From NCBI GenBank assembly GCA_902526565.1, contig CABZLP010000001.1, positions 64,361-128,360 of the forward strand: a stretch of DNA of 64,000 bases, read 5' to 3'. The position numbers and the translations under genes were made by a program. Below are positions 31,499-43,149 of the stretch, piece by piece. Source of the DNA: an uncultured Pelagibacteraceae bacterium. Lineage in GTDB: Bacteria; Pseudomonadota; Alphaproteobacteria; Pelagibacterales; AG-422-B15. How positions within the stretch are numbered: position 1 is the first letter of the stretch; each line of letters opens with the position of its first letter. Below the pieces are notes generated by a model. That model saw only the letters and a program-made list of their open reading frames with translations. It was not told where the DNA came from and searched no databases.

Positions 31499-31656
31499 AT
31501 ATTTTTACCCTTATATTCGATCACATTCACTTAATTAAATTCATACAATTAAGAAACAGAACTATACCTAAGTAAAGGCTACTGATAGTGATCTTATTCT
31601 TACTAAAAATCAATATAATCTAATTCAATTTCTGATAACGACTGTAAAACTGTCAA

Positions 31657-33477
31657 TTAAGATTTTGATTTCCGATATTTTTTGCGATCAATAGCTGAAA
31701 GATAGCGTTTTCTGAGTCTTAAATTATTAGGGGTAACCTCCAATAGTTCATCTTCATTGATATAAGCCATCATTTCTTCAAGTGACATTCTTCTAGGTGG
31801 GGTTAATTTAACTGCTTCATCTGTTCCAGAAGCTCTAACATTAGTAAGCTGCTTGCCTTTTAAAACATTTATTTCAAGGTCGTTATCACGACTGTGCTCA
31901 CCAACCACCATTCCGCCGTAAACTTTAGTTTGGTGACCAATAAACATAGTCCCACGATCTTGAAGATTAAAAATTGCATACGCTACGGCACTGCCGGTAT
32001 CAGTTGATATTAATGCACCATATTTTCGTCCGATAATATTTCCTTTATAATTATCATACTTATTGAAGAGCCTGTTTATAACTCCTGTTCCTTTAGTATC
32101 TGTTAAAAATTTATTTTGGTATCCTATTAAGCCTCTTGATGGAGCTAAAAATGTTAGTCTCGTCTTACCAACCCCAGATGCTCGCATATCTTGCATTTCA
32201 CCTTTTCTTTGATTCATTCCATCAACCACCGCGCTTGTATATTCGTCGTCAACATCAATTATAACTTCCTCAATAGGTTCTGTTCTCGCTCCGTTTTCAG
32301 CGATTTTGTAAAGAACACGTGGTCTTGAAACTGATAGTTCAAATCCTTCTCTTCTCATTTGTTCTATTAGGACACCAATTTGCAGCTCACCTCGCCCACC
32401 GATTTCAAAAGCATCTTTTTGATCATTTTCTTCAAAAGTAATCGCAACGTTGGTTTCAGCTTCAGCTAAAAGTCTCTCACGAATAAGAGTTGAGGTTACT
32501 CTATTTCCATCGGTACCAGCAAACGGTGAATCATTTACCGTAATAGTCACCGACATTGTTGGAGGGTCAATAGGTGTCGAAACCAGTGGTTCTGTAACCT
32601 CAGGGTTACATATTGTATCTGCTACTGATGTCACAGCTAAACCAGCGATACAAATTATATCTCCAGCTGTTACTTGATCAACAGGTACTCTGTCTGCCCC
32701 TCTAAATGTAAATAGTTTCGTCAGTCTACCCGTTTCTATTTGGCGACCACTTAGATTAATAGACCTCACTTGATCATTTACTTTTGCGGATCCATTTATA
32801 ACTCTTCCGATTAGGCATCGTCCTAAATAAGGATCTGCATCAAGAAGAGTTGCTAGCATTGCAAAAGGTTTTAATAAGTCTACTGTTGGTTCTTCAACGT
32901 GATTTAATATTAGGTCTAATAAGGGATGTAAATTTTCTCTGGGATCTTCTAAATTTTCAACACACCATCCTTCTCTACCTGCCGCATATAAAATTGGAAA
33001 GTCCAACTGTTCTTCGCTTGCATCTAATGCAACAAATAAATCAAAAACTTCATTAACAACCTCTTCAGATCTAGCATCGTACCGATCTACTTTATTAATT
33101 ACAACAATGGGCTTTAAATTCTGAGCGAGAGCTTTGCCTAAAACAAACTTAGTTTGCGGCATTGGTCCTTCTGCAGCATCTGCTAATATTATGACGCCAT
33201 CTGCCATTCCAAGAACTCGTTCTACTTCACCTCCAAAATCAGCATGCCCAGGAGTATCAATTATATTAATACGGACATCTTTCCAAACAATAGAAGTTGG
33301 TTTTGCTAGAATAGTAATCCCTCTTTCCTTTTCGAGATCACCAGAGTCCATTAAACGTTCATCTACGTTTTGATTTTCACGAAACATACCTGTTTGTTTC
33401 ATTAAAGAGTCTATTAATGTCGTTTTCCCATGATCAACATGAGCAATAATAGCAATGTTTCTTAACTTTAATGTCAT
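31657..33477 (-). CDS. typA: Translational GTPase TypA/BipA
   Basis: 606 aa with [17 protein letters not shown] and NKVD motifs. Confidence 0.95.
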   Translation of the reverse strand: MTLKLRNIAIIAHVDHGKTTLIDSLMKQTGMFRENQNVDERLMDSGDLEKERGITILAKPTSIVWKDVRINIIDTPGHADFGGEVERVLGMADGVIILADAAEGPMPQTKFVLGKALAQNLKPIVVINKVDRYDARSEEVVNEVFDLFVALDASEEQLDFPILYAAGREGWCVENLEDPRENLHPLLDLILNHVEEPTVDLLKPFAMLATLLDADPYLGRCLIGRVINGSAKVNDQVRSINLSGRQIETGRLTKLFTFRGADRVPVDQVTAGDIICIAGLAVTSVADTICNPEVTEPLVSTPIDPPTMSVTITVNDSPFAGTDGNRVTSTLIRERLLAEAETNVAITFEENDQKDAFEIGGRGELQIGVLIEQMRREGFELSVSRPRVLYKIAENGARTEPIEEVIIDVDDEYTSAVVDGMNQRKGEMQDMRASGVGKTRLTFLAPSRGLIGYQNKFLTDTKGTGVINRLFNKYDNYKGNIIGRKYGALISTDTGSAVAYAIFNLQDRGTMFIGHQTKVYGGMVVGEHSRDNDLEINVLKGKQLTNVRASGTDEAVKLTPPRRMSLEEMMAYINEDELLEVTPNNLRLRKRYLSAIDRKKYRKSKS

Positions 33478-33548
33478 TAGTGGAGTTTAAAATATTGTTG
33501 AATGTCTTCTAATTGCTTTATCATATAAAAACAAGATTTATAGTTATT

Positions 33549-33989
33549 ATGATGAAATATATTCTCGTGATATTTGTTAGCATGATTACAACGGCTCAAG
33601 CTGAAATTAGTCTTCGGCAGTACAACGGTCAATACTGCTATGATGGAGATACTTGCTACATCACAATGAATGGTATGAAGAAAAAAATTAGATTACTTGA
33701 GTTAGATACCCCTGAAATATCAAAGCCAAAATGCAATGCTGAACTAGAATTGGGTATAAAGGCAAGAGATTACTTAAATGATCTTATTGCGAATGCATCA
33801 ACAATTGAATTTAAAACTGAGTATCTGGAAGATTATTTTGGAAGAGTTTTATCATATCTAATAATTGATGGTGAAGATGCATCAAGTAAAATTATCGAAA
33901 ACCAACTAGGCATTGTTTATAACCGTAATCAGAAATATGATTGGTGTCAGGATTTGAACGTCGATGAAACTATTAACTATATAGACTAA
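33549..33989 (+). CDS. Secreted thermonuclease (SNase)-family nuclease
   Basis: Has YDGDTCYI...IRLLELDTPE motifs and the signal peptide MMKYILVIFVSMITTAQA. The track start at 33513 is TTG, so ATG 33549 is preferred. Confidence 0.7.
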   Translation: MMKYILVIFVSMITTAQAEISLRQYNGQYCYDGDTCYITMNGMKKKIRLLELDTPEISKPKCNAELELGIKARDYLNDLIANASTIEFKTEYLEDYFGRVLSYLIIDGEDASSKIIENQLGIVYNRNQKYDWCQDLNVDETINYID

Positions 33990-33990
33990 A

Positions 33991-35784
33991 ATGAAGAAGC
34001 TGATTTCCCTTATTATATTAACTTTCCTACTTGACCTTAATTCGCATGCAGAGGATCTCTCTGATCTAATTAGCCCAGAAACGTTTATTATTGATTATGG
34101 GGATTTAAATGCTGAACAAATAAATGCTTCAATGCAGGCCAAAAAAGATATGGTTCCAGTTTTAGGGAAAGACTGGATGATTGTGACTGCAAATTCTTAC
34201 GCTTCTGCAGCGGGAGCTGAAATTCTTGAGGATGGTGGAACAGCTGCAGATGCAATGATAGCCGCAAAAGCAGTTTTAGGATTAGTTGAGCCGGAGTCTT
34301 CTGGGCTTGGTGGTGGAAGTTTCTTAATTTGGTACGATAACAAAACTAATAAAGTTACTACATTAGACGGACGGGAAACTGCTCCAAGAGCGTCTTACGC
34401 GACTCAGTTTCTAAATGAAAGTGGAGAAACTAAAAAATTTTTTGACGCTGTCATTGGTGGTCTTTCCGTAGGGACGCCAGGTACTCCTGCATTAATGTTT
34501 AAAGCACATGAAAAATGGGGAAGAACAAAGTGGTCAAGTCTATTTACTGCTGCAATAAATCTTGGGGAAAATGGTTTTTCCGTTTCTAAAAAGTTGGCGT
34601 CGTCAATTGAAAGAGATTCGGATAGATTAAAAAAAAGTAGTAAAACGTCTAAGTACTTTTTACCTGATGGAAATAATCTTGAATATAAACAATTAGTAAC
34701 GAATCGAGCTTATGCCGAAACGCTAAAAAAAATTTCTACAGATGGTATTGAAGATTTCTATCAAGGAGAAATTGCTGATGACATTGTAAACACAGTTCAA
34801 AACTATTCTGAAAATCCTGGGTTTCTAGAAAATAGTGATTTAGAAAATTATACGGTAATAGAACGTGATCCAGTTTGTATAGATTATAGAGAACATAATG
34901 TTTGTGGTATGGGGCCACCTTCATCAGGGGGTGTCGCAATAGCACAAATATTAAAAATTCTTGAGAAATTTAACTTAAAATCACTTGGCTACAAAAATCC
35001 TAAATCGTGGCAGGTGATTGGTGATGCAAGCCGGTTAGCCTTTGCTGATCGAAATAGATATTTAGCAGACAGTGATTTTGTTGATGTTCCCATTAGAGGT
35101 TTACTTGATCATGAATATTTAAAAAAAAGATCTAGAAAGATAGAATTAGGAACAAAAACAGAGAATATTGAAGCTGGAAATCCATCTCAAGAAGTTACAT
35201 ACAATTATGCAGATGATGATTCACTTGAGCTACAATCAACAACCCATATATCAATTTATGATAAATATGGGAATGCGTTATCTATGACTTCTTCAATAGA
35301 AAATGCTTTTGGATCTAGATTATTAACAGAAAGTGGATTTTTATTAAACAACCAACTTACAGATTTTTCTTTTCGTGATGAAATTGATGGGAAGTTAATT
35401 TCTAATAGGTTAGAACCGGGTAAACGTCCACGGTCCTCAATGTCACCAACAATCGTCCTAAAGGAGGGAAAACCAATATACATTACTGGATCCCCAGGAG
35501 GCAGTAACATCATTGGGTTTGTTGCAAACCATCTTATTTCCCTTATTGATTGGGATATGAATGTACAACAATCTGTATCTTTGCCTCACGCAATTAATCG
35601 GTGGGGAACATACGATATTGAAGAGTCAAAAAATGCTCAGATACTTGAAGAGAGTTTGTCATCTATGGGATATGATACCAAGATAAAGAAATATTTCTCT
35701 GGTTTAAATACCATTTATATTGGAGATAATTTAGAAGGTGGATCTGATCCACGACGTGAAGGAATAGCTTTAAGTGGACAATAA
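33991..35784 (+). CDS. ggt: Gamma-glutamyltransferase
   Basis: 597 aa with a signal peptide, the autoprocessing site region STTHISIYD, and GSPGGSNII. Confidence 0.9.
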   Translation: MKKLISLIILTFLLDLNSHAEDLSDLISPETFIIDYGDLNAEQINASMQAKKDMVPVLGKDWMIVTANSYASAAGAEILEDGGTAADAMIAAKAVLGLVEPESSGLGGGSFLIWYDNKTNKVTTLDGRETAPRASYATQFLNESGETKKFFDAVIGGLSVGTPGTPALMFKAHEKWGRTKWSSLFTAAINLGENGFSVSKKLASSIERDSDRLKKSSKTSKYFLPDGNNLEYKQLVTNRAYAETLKKISTDGIEDFYQGEIADDIVNTVQNYSENPGFLENSDLENYTVIERDPVCIDYREHNVCGMGPPSSGGVAIAQILKILEKFNLKSLGYKNPKSWQVIGDASRLAFADRNRYLADSDFVDVPIRGLLDHEYLKKRSRKIELGTKTENIEAGNPSQEVTYNYADDDSLELQSTTHISIYDKYGNALSMTSSIENAFGSRLLTESGFLLNNQLTDFSFRDEIDGKLISNRLEPGKRPRSSMSPTIVLKEGKPIYITGSPGGSNIIGFVANHLISLIDWDMNVQQSVSLPHAINRWGTYDIEESKNAQILEESLSSMGYDTKIKKYFSGLNTIYIGDNLEGGSDPRREGIALSGQ

Positions 35785-35816
35785 CTTTAATAGAAGGGTA
35801 TGATTTAAAAATAAAC

Positions 35817-36182
35817 ATGAAGGCATTAGAATTTATCAATCTTTATCTAGAACATTTTAACAATGATGATTTTGACTCATTAAAGAGCTTTTTTGCATAT
35901 CCATTATATATGAACGTTAATGGCAATATCATCACTGTTAATGAATCGCCAATGGAACAGATGAAAAAATCTTCTGATTTGGGTAAAACTGAAGATATTG
36001 AAGTAGAAGTCATCAAAGAGACAGAAGATCAAGCCCACGTAATTCTAAGAGATGCAAAGAGGTATAATAAAAGTGGAGAGTATGTTGAGTCTGTAACTGG
36101 ATTTTATGCTTTACACAAAAAAGGGAATGAATGGCAAATCATTTTTTTGTCTGGCATTACTTATCAAGATCAAAATATCTAA
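35817..36182 (+). CDS. Hypothetical protein (NTF2/SnoaL-like size and pattern)
   Basis: 121-aa ORF in a coding-dense context. The fold assignment is only a guess. Confidence 0.4.
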   Translation: MKALEFINLYLEHFNNDDFDSLKSFFAYPLYMNVNGNIITVNESPMEQMKKSSDLGKTEDIEVEVIKETEDQAHVILRDAKRYNKSGEYVESVTGFYALHKKGNEWQIIFLSGITYQDQNI

Positions 36183-36278
36183 CAAAAATAGGAAATTGTA
36201 ATTGTAGTGTAATAAATAAAATAATATTAATCTCAGGACATTACTTTTTTATTATAGTAGAATTTTTTGAGGGATTAG

Positions 36279-37454
36279 ATGGATATACATGAGTACCAGG
36301 CAAAAAAAATTTTATCTGACTTTGGAATTGGAATTCCAAGGGGAGGAATTGCTTACAGCCCAGAAAATGCAGAATACAAGGCAAAAGAAATTGGCGGTTC
36401 TCGTTGGGTTGTAAAAGCACAAGTTCACTCTGGCGCGAGAGGTAAAGCTGGCGGGATAATCATTTGCAACGATGCTTTAGAAGTTGCACGTGCTGCAGAT
36501 AAGCTACTTGGAAAAAAACTGGTCACCAATCAAACAGGCCCATCAGGAAAAATTATCAATAGAGTTTATATAGAGGAAGCCTCTGATATAGAAAGAGAAC
36601 TTTATTTGGGTCTTGTTTTTGATAGAGGCTCTGAATGTATTATGGTTGTGGCTTCTACTGAAGGTGGAATGAGTGTTGAAGAAATATCAAATAAAAAACC
36701 TGAAACAATAATCAGGTCAAAAATAGAAGCTGCTGTTGGGATTCAGGAATTTCAAGCAAGGGAGATCGCATTTAACCTTGGTATTGAAACAGGTCTTATC
36801 TCAAGAACTGCTGAGGTTATTGAGGGTTGTTATAGAGCTTTCAGTGAACTAGATGCAACTATGGTAGAAGTTAACCCTTTAGTAATTACAAAAGATAAAC
36901 ATGTCTTAGCTTTAGATTGCAAAATGAGTTTTGATAATAATGCATTGTTTAGAAGAAATGATGTTTCTGAATTAAGAGATAAATCTCAAGAAAACCCAAG
37001 TGAGGTATATGCAAGTGATAGAGGTTTGAATTATGTAGGACTTGATGGAAATATAGGAAATATTATTAACGGCGCAGGATTGGCAATGGCGTCAATGGAT
37101 ATGATTAAGTCTGCTGGAGGAGAGCCTGCAAACTTCCTTGATATTGGGGGAGGAGCAACGCCAGAAAAAATTGTAAAAGCTTTCAAGCTTGTTTCATCTG
37201 ATGAAAAAGTAAAAGTTATTTTAGTGAATATATTCGCTGGCATTAACAGATGTGATTGGGTTGCTGAGGGAATAGTTCAAGCACTTCAAACAATAAAAAT
37301 AGACATGCCCCTTGTAATTAGGTTGGCTGGCACAAATGTTGTAAAGGGCAATAAGATCTTAAAAGAAAGCAATATTAATTACATTGAAGCCCATTCTCTT
37401 AAAGAAGCTGCTTCTAAGGCTGTTGAAGCGTTAAAAAAGATAGAAGTAAAATAA
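36279..37454 (+). CDS. sucC: Succinate--CoA ligase (ADP-forming) beta subunit
   Basis: Starts [12 protein letters not shown], followed by an ATP-grasp domain and GGATPEKI. Confidence 0.97.
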   Translation: MDIHEYQAKKILSDFGIGIPRGGIAYSPENAEYKAKEIGGSRWVVKAQVHSGARGKAGGIIICNDALEVARAADKLLGKKLVTNQTGPSGKIINRVYIEEASDIERELYLGLVFDRGSECIMVVASTEGGMSVEEISNKKPETIIRSKIEAAVGIQEFQAREIAFNLGIETGLISRTAEVIEGCYRAFSELDATMVEVNPLVITKDKHVLALDCKMSFDNNALFRRNDVSELRDKSQENPSEVYASDRGLNYVGLDGNIGNIINGAGLAMASMDMIKSAGGEPANFLDIGGGATPEKIVKAFKLVSSDEKVKVILVNIFAGINRCDWVAEGIVQALQTIKIDMPLVIRLAGTNVVKGNKILKESNINYIEAHSLKEAASKAVEALKKIEVK

Positions 37455-38338
37455 TGTCTATATTGATTGATGAAAATACTAAAATAATTGTCCAGGGCTT
37501 CACTGGTAAAATAGGAAGTTTTCATGCGCAAGAAATGATTGATTACGGATCTAACGTTGTTGGAGGTGTTACTCCTGGCAAAGGGGGATCAATACATCTT
37601 GGCCTTCCTGTTTTCAATACCGTTAAAGATGCAGTAAAAGAAACAGATGCTGAAGCAAGTATCTTATTTGTTCCACCAAGTTATGCTGCGGACTCTGCTA
37701 TGGAAGCAGCTGATGCAGGTATCAAAGTATGTGTTGCGATAACTGACGGAATACCCTCTCACGACATGATTAAAGTGAAGAGGTATATGCGAAGATATGC
37801 AAAATCTGAAAAAATGACGATGATTGGTCCTAACTGCGCAGGTATAATTAGCCCTGGCAAATCAATGCTGGGCATAATGCCAGGACATATTTATAAAAAA
37901 GGAAATGTTGGCATTGTTGGCCGATCAGGAACACTGGGCTATGAAGCCGCATCACAAATGAAAGAGCTAGATATTGGTGTTTCAACTAGCGTAGGCATTG
38001 GCGGAGATCCGATTAATGGAAGTTCGTTCAGGGATGTACTAGCTCGGTTTGAAGAAGATCCTGATACCGATATTATATTGATGATTGGTGAAATTGGTGG
38101 ACCTCAAGAAGTGGATGCAGGCAAATTTGCAAAAGAAAACATGAAAAAACCAGTAGTCGCGTATATTGCAGGACTAACTGCCCCAAAAGGTAGAGTGATG
38201 GGTCACGCTGGTGCTATTGTTTCAGCATACGGAGAAAGTGCAGTTGAAAAAGTTGAACTCTTAAAAGAGTCCGGTGTTACTATATCAAAAAACCCCTCAG
38301 TTATTGGGGATACTATAAAGTCTGTTTTAAAAGGATAA
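37454..38338 (+). CDS. sucD: Succinate--CoA ligase alpha subunit
   Basis: Has [15 protein letters not shown] and the phosphohistidine loop GHAGAIV. Confidence 0.97.
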   Translation: MSILIDENTKIIVQGFTGKIGSFHAQEMIDYGSNVVGGVTPGKGGSIHLGLPVFNTVKDAVKETDAEASILFVPPSYAADSAMEAADAGIKVCVAITDGIPSHDMIKVKRYMRRYAKSEKMTMIGPNCAGIISPGKSMLGIMPGHIYKKGNVGIVGRSGTLGYEAASQMKELDIGVSTSVGIGGDPINGSSFRDVLARFEEDPDTDIILMIGEIGGPQEVDAGKFAKENMKKPVVAYIAGLTAPKGRVMGHAGAIVSAYGESAVEKVELLKESGVTISKNPSVIGDTIKSVLKG

Positions 38339-38360
38339 ATCTGATTAACTATATCACATA

Positions 38361-38434
38361 GCCCCCATAGCACAATGGTAGTGCAACGCATTGGTAATGC
38401 GTAGATACCTGGTCAGTACAGGTTGGGGGCACCA
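38361..38434 (+). tRNA. tRNA-Thr (anticodon GGT) with a non-canonical T-loop
   Basis: Hand-folded: GCCCCCA TA GCAC AATGGTA GTGC A ACGCA TTGGTAA TGCGT AGAT ACCTG GTCAGTA CAGGT TGGGGGC A CCA. Confidence 0.8.
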
Positions 38435-38471
38435 TAAAATTGAAAAACTGTTAGTAGTATATTAGAAAATA

Positions 38472-40511
38472 ATGAAACCTCCTCAGCCAAAAAAAATTCC
38501 TAAAATCCATATTGCACATGGAGATGAACGTGTTGATAATTATTACTGGCTCAGAGATGATACGCGTAAAGATCCAGAAATTATTTCTTATTTAGAGGAA
38601 GAAAATAATTACTTAGAAGATTGGTTTGAAAAAAATAATGATTGCCGTAAAGAAATTTATGATGAATTAGTTAGTTTCATACCACCAAAAGAGGTTTCAA
38701 TAAAAATTAAATACGGAGATTATCTGTATTACTCTGAAATTAACTCTGAACAGCAATATAAGACATACTATCGAGAGCTCAATGGGAATAAAGAGTTAGT
38801 TATTGATGTAAATGCGCTGGCTGAGGGCTTAGATTATATAAATATTACATCAATAACGCCATCGCCAAATAATCTTTTAATTGCTTATGCAGAAGATCTA
38901 TCGGGTCGAAGAGAATACAACATAAAAGTTAAAGATTTAACGACCGGCAAAATTATAGACAGTAAAGTTGAGGGAAGCTCTGGGAGCATTGTTTGGGACA
39001 AGAAGAATACTTCATTTTACTATGCTCAAAAAGATCCTGTTACTTTGATAGAAAATAAGGTTTTTAAACACAAAATTGGAACTGATCCAAAAGAAGATGT
39101 TCTTATCTACGAGGAAAATGACTCAGAGTTTCATCTTCATATTTATGAATCACGTACAAAAAAATATTTAAATATCTATACTAGTAAAACTGAGTCTTCA
39201 GAGACATGGTTACTTGATCTAGATGATGAACTCGGTCAACCGTTTTGTGTACTCAAACGTTCCGATAAGCATCTTTATTCCATTGAAGACACACCAGAGT
39301 GTTTTTATGTCAGCAGTAATGCAGAAAATAAAAAAAATTTCTCAATTTTAAAATTTACCGTGGATCAAATTAATAATTTTAATAGTTGGCAAACTGTTGT
39401 TGAGCATAATGATGCCATTTTAATTGAAGATTTTGTTACTTTTCCTCAATATCTTTATTTAGAAATAAGAGAAGACGGTCTGCCCAAGATAGTAAAAATT
39501 AACAAAGAAACACTCGATAGAAATTATATTAAATTTAGTGACCCTGCCTTTTCTTGTTATTTAGCAACCAATAATGAATACCTTGATACTGAATTTTACT
39601 ATGGGTATTCTAGTCCAAAGAAACCTAGTTCAATATACAAAGAGGATATTGAGTCAGGTAAGAGTGAATTAGCATGGCAGCAGCCTGTAAACAATTACGA
39701 TGAAAATCTATATGAGGTGGAAAGACTTAAAATTACTGCCCGAGATGATACAAAAGTTCCTGTATCACTTGTATATAAAAAAGGAACTGACTTATCTCAA
39801 GCTCCTATCCTTATTTATGGCTATGGTTCTTATGGCATTATTATTGATGCAGCTTTTAGAACGTCTATCTTACCCCTACTCAATCGGGGTTTCGTTTTTG
39901 CTGTCGCCAATATCAGAGGTGGTTCCGAAATGGGTCGGCAGTGGTACGATGATGGTAAAATCTTTAATAAAAAGAACACCTTTTATGATTTTATTGATGC
40001 AACAAAATCACTAATCAAGCAAGGGTATGGCAATGCTAAAAATGTGTATGCAATGGGTGGAAGTGCTGGTGGTCTTTTAATGGGAGCAATCATTAATATG
40101 GAGCCAGAATTATATTCAGGTATTATATCAGCAGTTCCTTTTGTGGATGTAGTGACTACAATGTCAGATGAAACAATTCCCCTAACTACTTTTGAATATA
40201 AAGAATGGGGCAATCCAGCAAATGAAGATGAGTATAATTATATTAAGAGTTATTCGCCCTACGATAACATTAAACCATCAAATTATCCTGCGGTCTTAGT
40301 CACATCCAGCCTTTATGACTCTCAAGTTCAGTATTACGAACCAGCAAAATATATTCCAAAACTAAGAGAAAATAGTACTTCAGATAATCCAATATTAATG
40401 AAGATGAATTTAGTAGGTGGTCATGCTGGTAAAAGTGGACGATTAAATGCTTTGGAAGAGAGTGCTCTCGATAATGCCTTTTTACTTTGCTTGACTAGAG
40501 ATTCAAATTGA
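38472..40511 (+). CDS. ptrB: S9-family serine peptidase, oligopeptidase B-like
   Basis: 679 aa with a beta-propeller N-domain and an alpha/beta-hydrolase domain carrying the GGSAGGLL nucleophile elbow. Confidence 0.85.
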   Translation: MKPPQPKKIPKIHIAHGDERVDNYYWLRDDTRKDPEIISYLEEENNYLEDWFEKNNDCRKEIYDELVSFIPPKEVSIKIKYGDYLYYSEINSEQQYKTYYRELNGNKELVIDVNALAEGLDYINITSITPSPNNLLIAYAEDLSGRREYNIKVKDLTTGKIIDSKVEGSSGSIVWDKKNTSFYYAQKDPVTLIENKVFKHKIGTDPKEDVLIYEENDSEFHLHIYESRTKKYLNIYTSKTESSETWLLDLDDELGQPFCVLKRSDKHLYSIEDTPECFYVSSNAENKKNFSILKFTVDQINNFNSWQTVVEHNDAILIEDFVTFPQYLYLEIREDGLPKIVKINKETLDRNYIKFSDPAFSCYLATNNEYLDTEFYYGYSSPKKPSSIYKEDIESGKSELAWQQPVNNYDENLYEVERLKITARDDTKVPVSLVYKKGTDLSQAPILIYGYGSYGIIIDAAFRTSILPLLNRGFVFAVANIRGGSEMGRQWYDDGKIFNKKNTFYDFIDATKSLIKQGYGNAKNVYAMGGSAGGLLMGAIINMEPELYSGIISAVPFVDVVTTMSDETIPLTTFEYKEWGNPANEDEYNYIKSYSPYDNIKPSNYPAVLVTSSLYDSQVQYYEPAKYIPKLRENSTSDNPILMKMNLVGGHAGKSGRLNALEESALDNAFLLCLTRDSN

Positions 40512-41198
40512 TACTTCATTTTTAAACGACAATTTATCCAGGCTCTCTTTCTTTGACTCAGTAATAATTTTTCCTCTTTTCATGACATAGATATAATCTG
40601 CTAAATCAAATGCAAAATCAAAATATTGCTCAACTAATAGTATGGTCATTCCCTGCTCATCTTTTAAATATTTTATGACTTCTCCAATTTGCTGGATGAT
40701 GTTTGGCTGTATCCCTTCGGTTGGTTCATCCATAAGTAGTAATTTTGGTTTTGAAATCATTGCTCTTGCAATTGCTAATTGCTGTTGTTGACCTCCTGAT
40801 AAATCTCCACCTCTTCTATTTATCATTTTTTTCAATACTGGAAAAAGATCGAAAATTTCGTCAGGTATGAAATGTTCATCACGTTTTAAACATGCAAAAC
40901 CAGTTTCTAAATTCTCTTTTACAGATAATAATGGAAATATAAAACGGCCTTGAGGAACATACCCTACTCCTCTCTTAGCAAGTTGGTGGGAACTAAAGTT
41001 AGTTACATTATCCCCTTCAAAAAGATAATTTCCTGACTTTGAAGGATAAATTCCTGATAAAAACTTTAATAAAGATGTTTTACCAACTCCATTTGAACCC
41101 ATTAAACAAGTAATTTCTTTATTTTTCGCTTTGAGTGAAACGTCAAATAATATCTGAGAAGAACCATAGTAAAAATTCAAATTACTTATATCAATCAT
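40503..41198 (-). CDS. urtE: Urea ABC transporter ATP-binding subunit
   Basis: 231 aa with GSNGVGKTS, LSGGQQQ and LLMDEP motifs. It is the last gene of the urt operon and overlaps ptrB convergently by 9 nt. Confidence 0.85.
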   Translation of the reverse strand: MIDISNLNFYYGSSQILFDVSLKAKNKEITCLMGSNGVGKTSLLKFLSGIYPSKSGNYLFEGDNVTNFSSHQLAKRGVGYVPQGRFIFPLLSVKENLETGFACLKRDEHFIPDEIFDLFPVLKKMINRRGGDLSGGQQQQLAIARAMISKPKLLLMDEPTEGIQPNIIQQIGEVIKYLKDEQGMTILLVEQYFDFAFDLADYIYVMKRGKIITESKKESLDKLSFKNEVSI

Positions 41199-41200
41199 GA

Positions 41201-41983
41201 CTATCTTCCTAGATATACCTCAATTACTTCATTATTAGAGGACACGTGTTCTATAGAACCCTCTGAAAGAATTGAACCTTCATGCAATACAGTAACCTCA
41301 CATTCAAGATCTTTTACAAATTCCATATCATGCTCAACAACAATAACTGATTTATCTGCAGATAATTTTTTTAGAATCTCAACTGTCTGTCTTCTTTCAT
41401 TAGAAGTCATTCCAGCTGCTGGTTCATCAATTAATAATAGCTTTGGTTCTTGAGTTAATAGCATTCCTATTTCTAACCACTGCTTTTGACCGTGTGATAA
41501 CTCACCAGCAATTCTATCTTGTTCATTTTTAAGACTAATTTCACCTAGTATTTTTTCTATTAGATTTTTTTCATCTCTATTTAATTTTTGGAATAAAACA
41601 CTGAAAGGACTTCTATTTTTCTTCATGGATATAAATAAATTTTCGAATACTGTTTTTAGCTCAAATACAGTAGGACGTTGAAATTTTCTTCCTATACCTA
41701 TTAATGCTATTTGAGACTCACTTTTCATTAGAAGATTTTCATCCCAAACGACTTGATATCTTTGATCACTTTCAAGCCATACGCTTCGTTCACCAAATAA
41801 TACTTTACCTTCGTCTGGTTTAGTTTGGCCCGTAATTATATCCATAAAGGTAGTTTTTCCAGCTCCATTAGGTCCAATAATCGCTTTAAGTTCATTTTTA
41901 CCAATGCTGTAACTCAAACTATTAATAGCTTTAAAGCCATCAAATGAAACCGAGATTTTTTCAACTTTCAATAAAGTATTCAT
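41201..41983 (-). CDS. urtD: Urea ABC transporter ATP-binding subunit
   Basis: 260 aa with VSFDGFKAIN, GPNGAGKTT and LSHGQKQ motifs. Confidence 0.85.
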   Translation of the reverse strand: MNTLLKVEKISVSFDGFKAINSLSYSIGKNELKAIIGPNGAGKTTFMDIITGQTKPDEGKVLFGERSVWLESDQRYQVVWDENLLMKSESQIALIGIGRKFQRPTVFELKTVFENLFISMKKNRSPFSVLFQKLNRDEKNLIEKILGEISLKNEQDRIAGELSHGQKQWLEIGMLLTQEPKLLLIDEPAAGMTSNERRQTVEILKKLSADKSVIVVEHDMEFVKDLECEVTVLHEGSILSEGSIEHVSSNNEVIEVYLGR

Positions 41984-43149
41984 TTTTCCTTAACAAATAT
42001 ATTTCTTAAAAAACCAATTATGCCATTTTCACTAAAAATTGTGATTATTACAAATCCAAACCCTAACAACACTGTCCACCAATTCACCCATTCTATAGTA
42101 AATATGCCCAAAGGAATATCGGGTGCCTGTCCACCAGTAAACCATGACGAAAATAATGAAACAAAAGCGGCACCAATGATTGCTCCATACAATTTTCCTC
42201 TTCCTCCAATAGCAACCCATACAGCGAGATAGATCGATGCAATAGGCGCAAGCTCTGCAGGATTAATTATACCTGCTTGAGGGTAATAAAGAGCGCCAGC
42301 AATACTTGAGATTATTGCTGTTAACACAAATATAAATAATTTATATATTTCGACATTATACCCTAAGAACCTTACTCGTGTTTCGTTATCTCTTATTGAT
42401 GTAATAATTAATCCAAACTTGCTTTTCATAAGTGAATGAAAAAGTAAAAAAATAGATATTAGAAAAATACAACTTGCCCAAAAAAACCCTATGGATATGA
42501 CCTCTTGTCCTAAATACTCAATGCCAGGAATATTCTGCAAACCTGAGAGGCCATTATTACCCCTTAGACCACTGTCATTTTGAAATAAATATAATGACAG
42601 AGCTAAAGTTAATGCTTGAGTTAAAATTGAGAGATAAACTCCAGTTACTCTCGACCTGAATGCAAGCCACCCAAATATAAATGCAAGAATACCAGGTACT
42701 GCAATAACCAAAATCAATTGTAAACCAAGACTATCTGCAAACATCCATATGGATGGTATTTCATAGCCACCGACAACTCCAAAAATCTGGTTTCCAATGG
42801 CATTTGATAATTCAGTTTCGGTTAATGGAAGCAACTCATTAGTGGCAGCCTCCTGAACAATAATGGCTGTTCGCTCATACATTAGCCACATTCCAATCAT
42901 GTAACCACCAAGTCCAAAAAAGGCGAAATGCCCTAGAGACAGAATTCCGCAATAACCCCATACCACATCCATTGCCAGAGCAATTATGCATAGACAAACA
43001 GTTTTGCCTAAAGTTTTGACAAAACTAGTAGATATTAATCCGTTTCCGTAAGGTTCACTAAAAAAAGTTATAAACAGAGAAAATATAATAACAACTATTG
43101 TAAAAATTAATGTGTGTCGAGCTAGTAAATCATTTATTGAATTAGTCAT
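41980..43149 (-). CDS. urtC: Urea ABC transporter permease
   Basis: 389 aa, an HAAT-family (LivM-like) polytopic permease. Confidence 0.85.
   Translation of the reverse strand: MTNSINDLLARHTLIFTIVVIIFSLFITFFSEPYGNGLISTSFVKTLGKTVCLCIIALAMDVVWGYCGILSLGHFAFFGLGGYMIGMWLMYERTAIIVQEAATNELLPLTETELSNAIGNQIFGVVGGYEIPSIWMFADSLGLQLILVIAVPGILAFIFGWLAFRSRVTGVYLSILTQALTLALSLYLFQNDSGLRGNNGLSGLQNIPGIEYLGQEVISIGFFWASCIFLISIFLLFHSLMKSKFGLIITSIRDNETRVRFLGYNVEIYKLFIFVLTAIISSIAGALYYPQAGIINPAELAPIASIYLAVWVAIGGRGKLYGAIIGAAFVSLFSSWFTGGQAPDIPLGIFTIEWVNWWTVLLGFGFVIITIFSENGIIGFLRNIFVKEK

Noticed and set aside
39700-40213. Alternative-frame and antisense ORFs inside ptrB.
   Set aside because: They are embedded in a gene with a clear S9 peptidase signature and have no motifs of their own.
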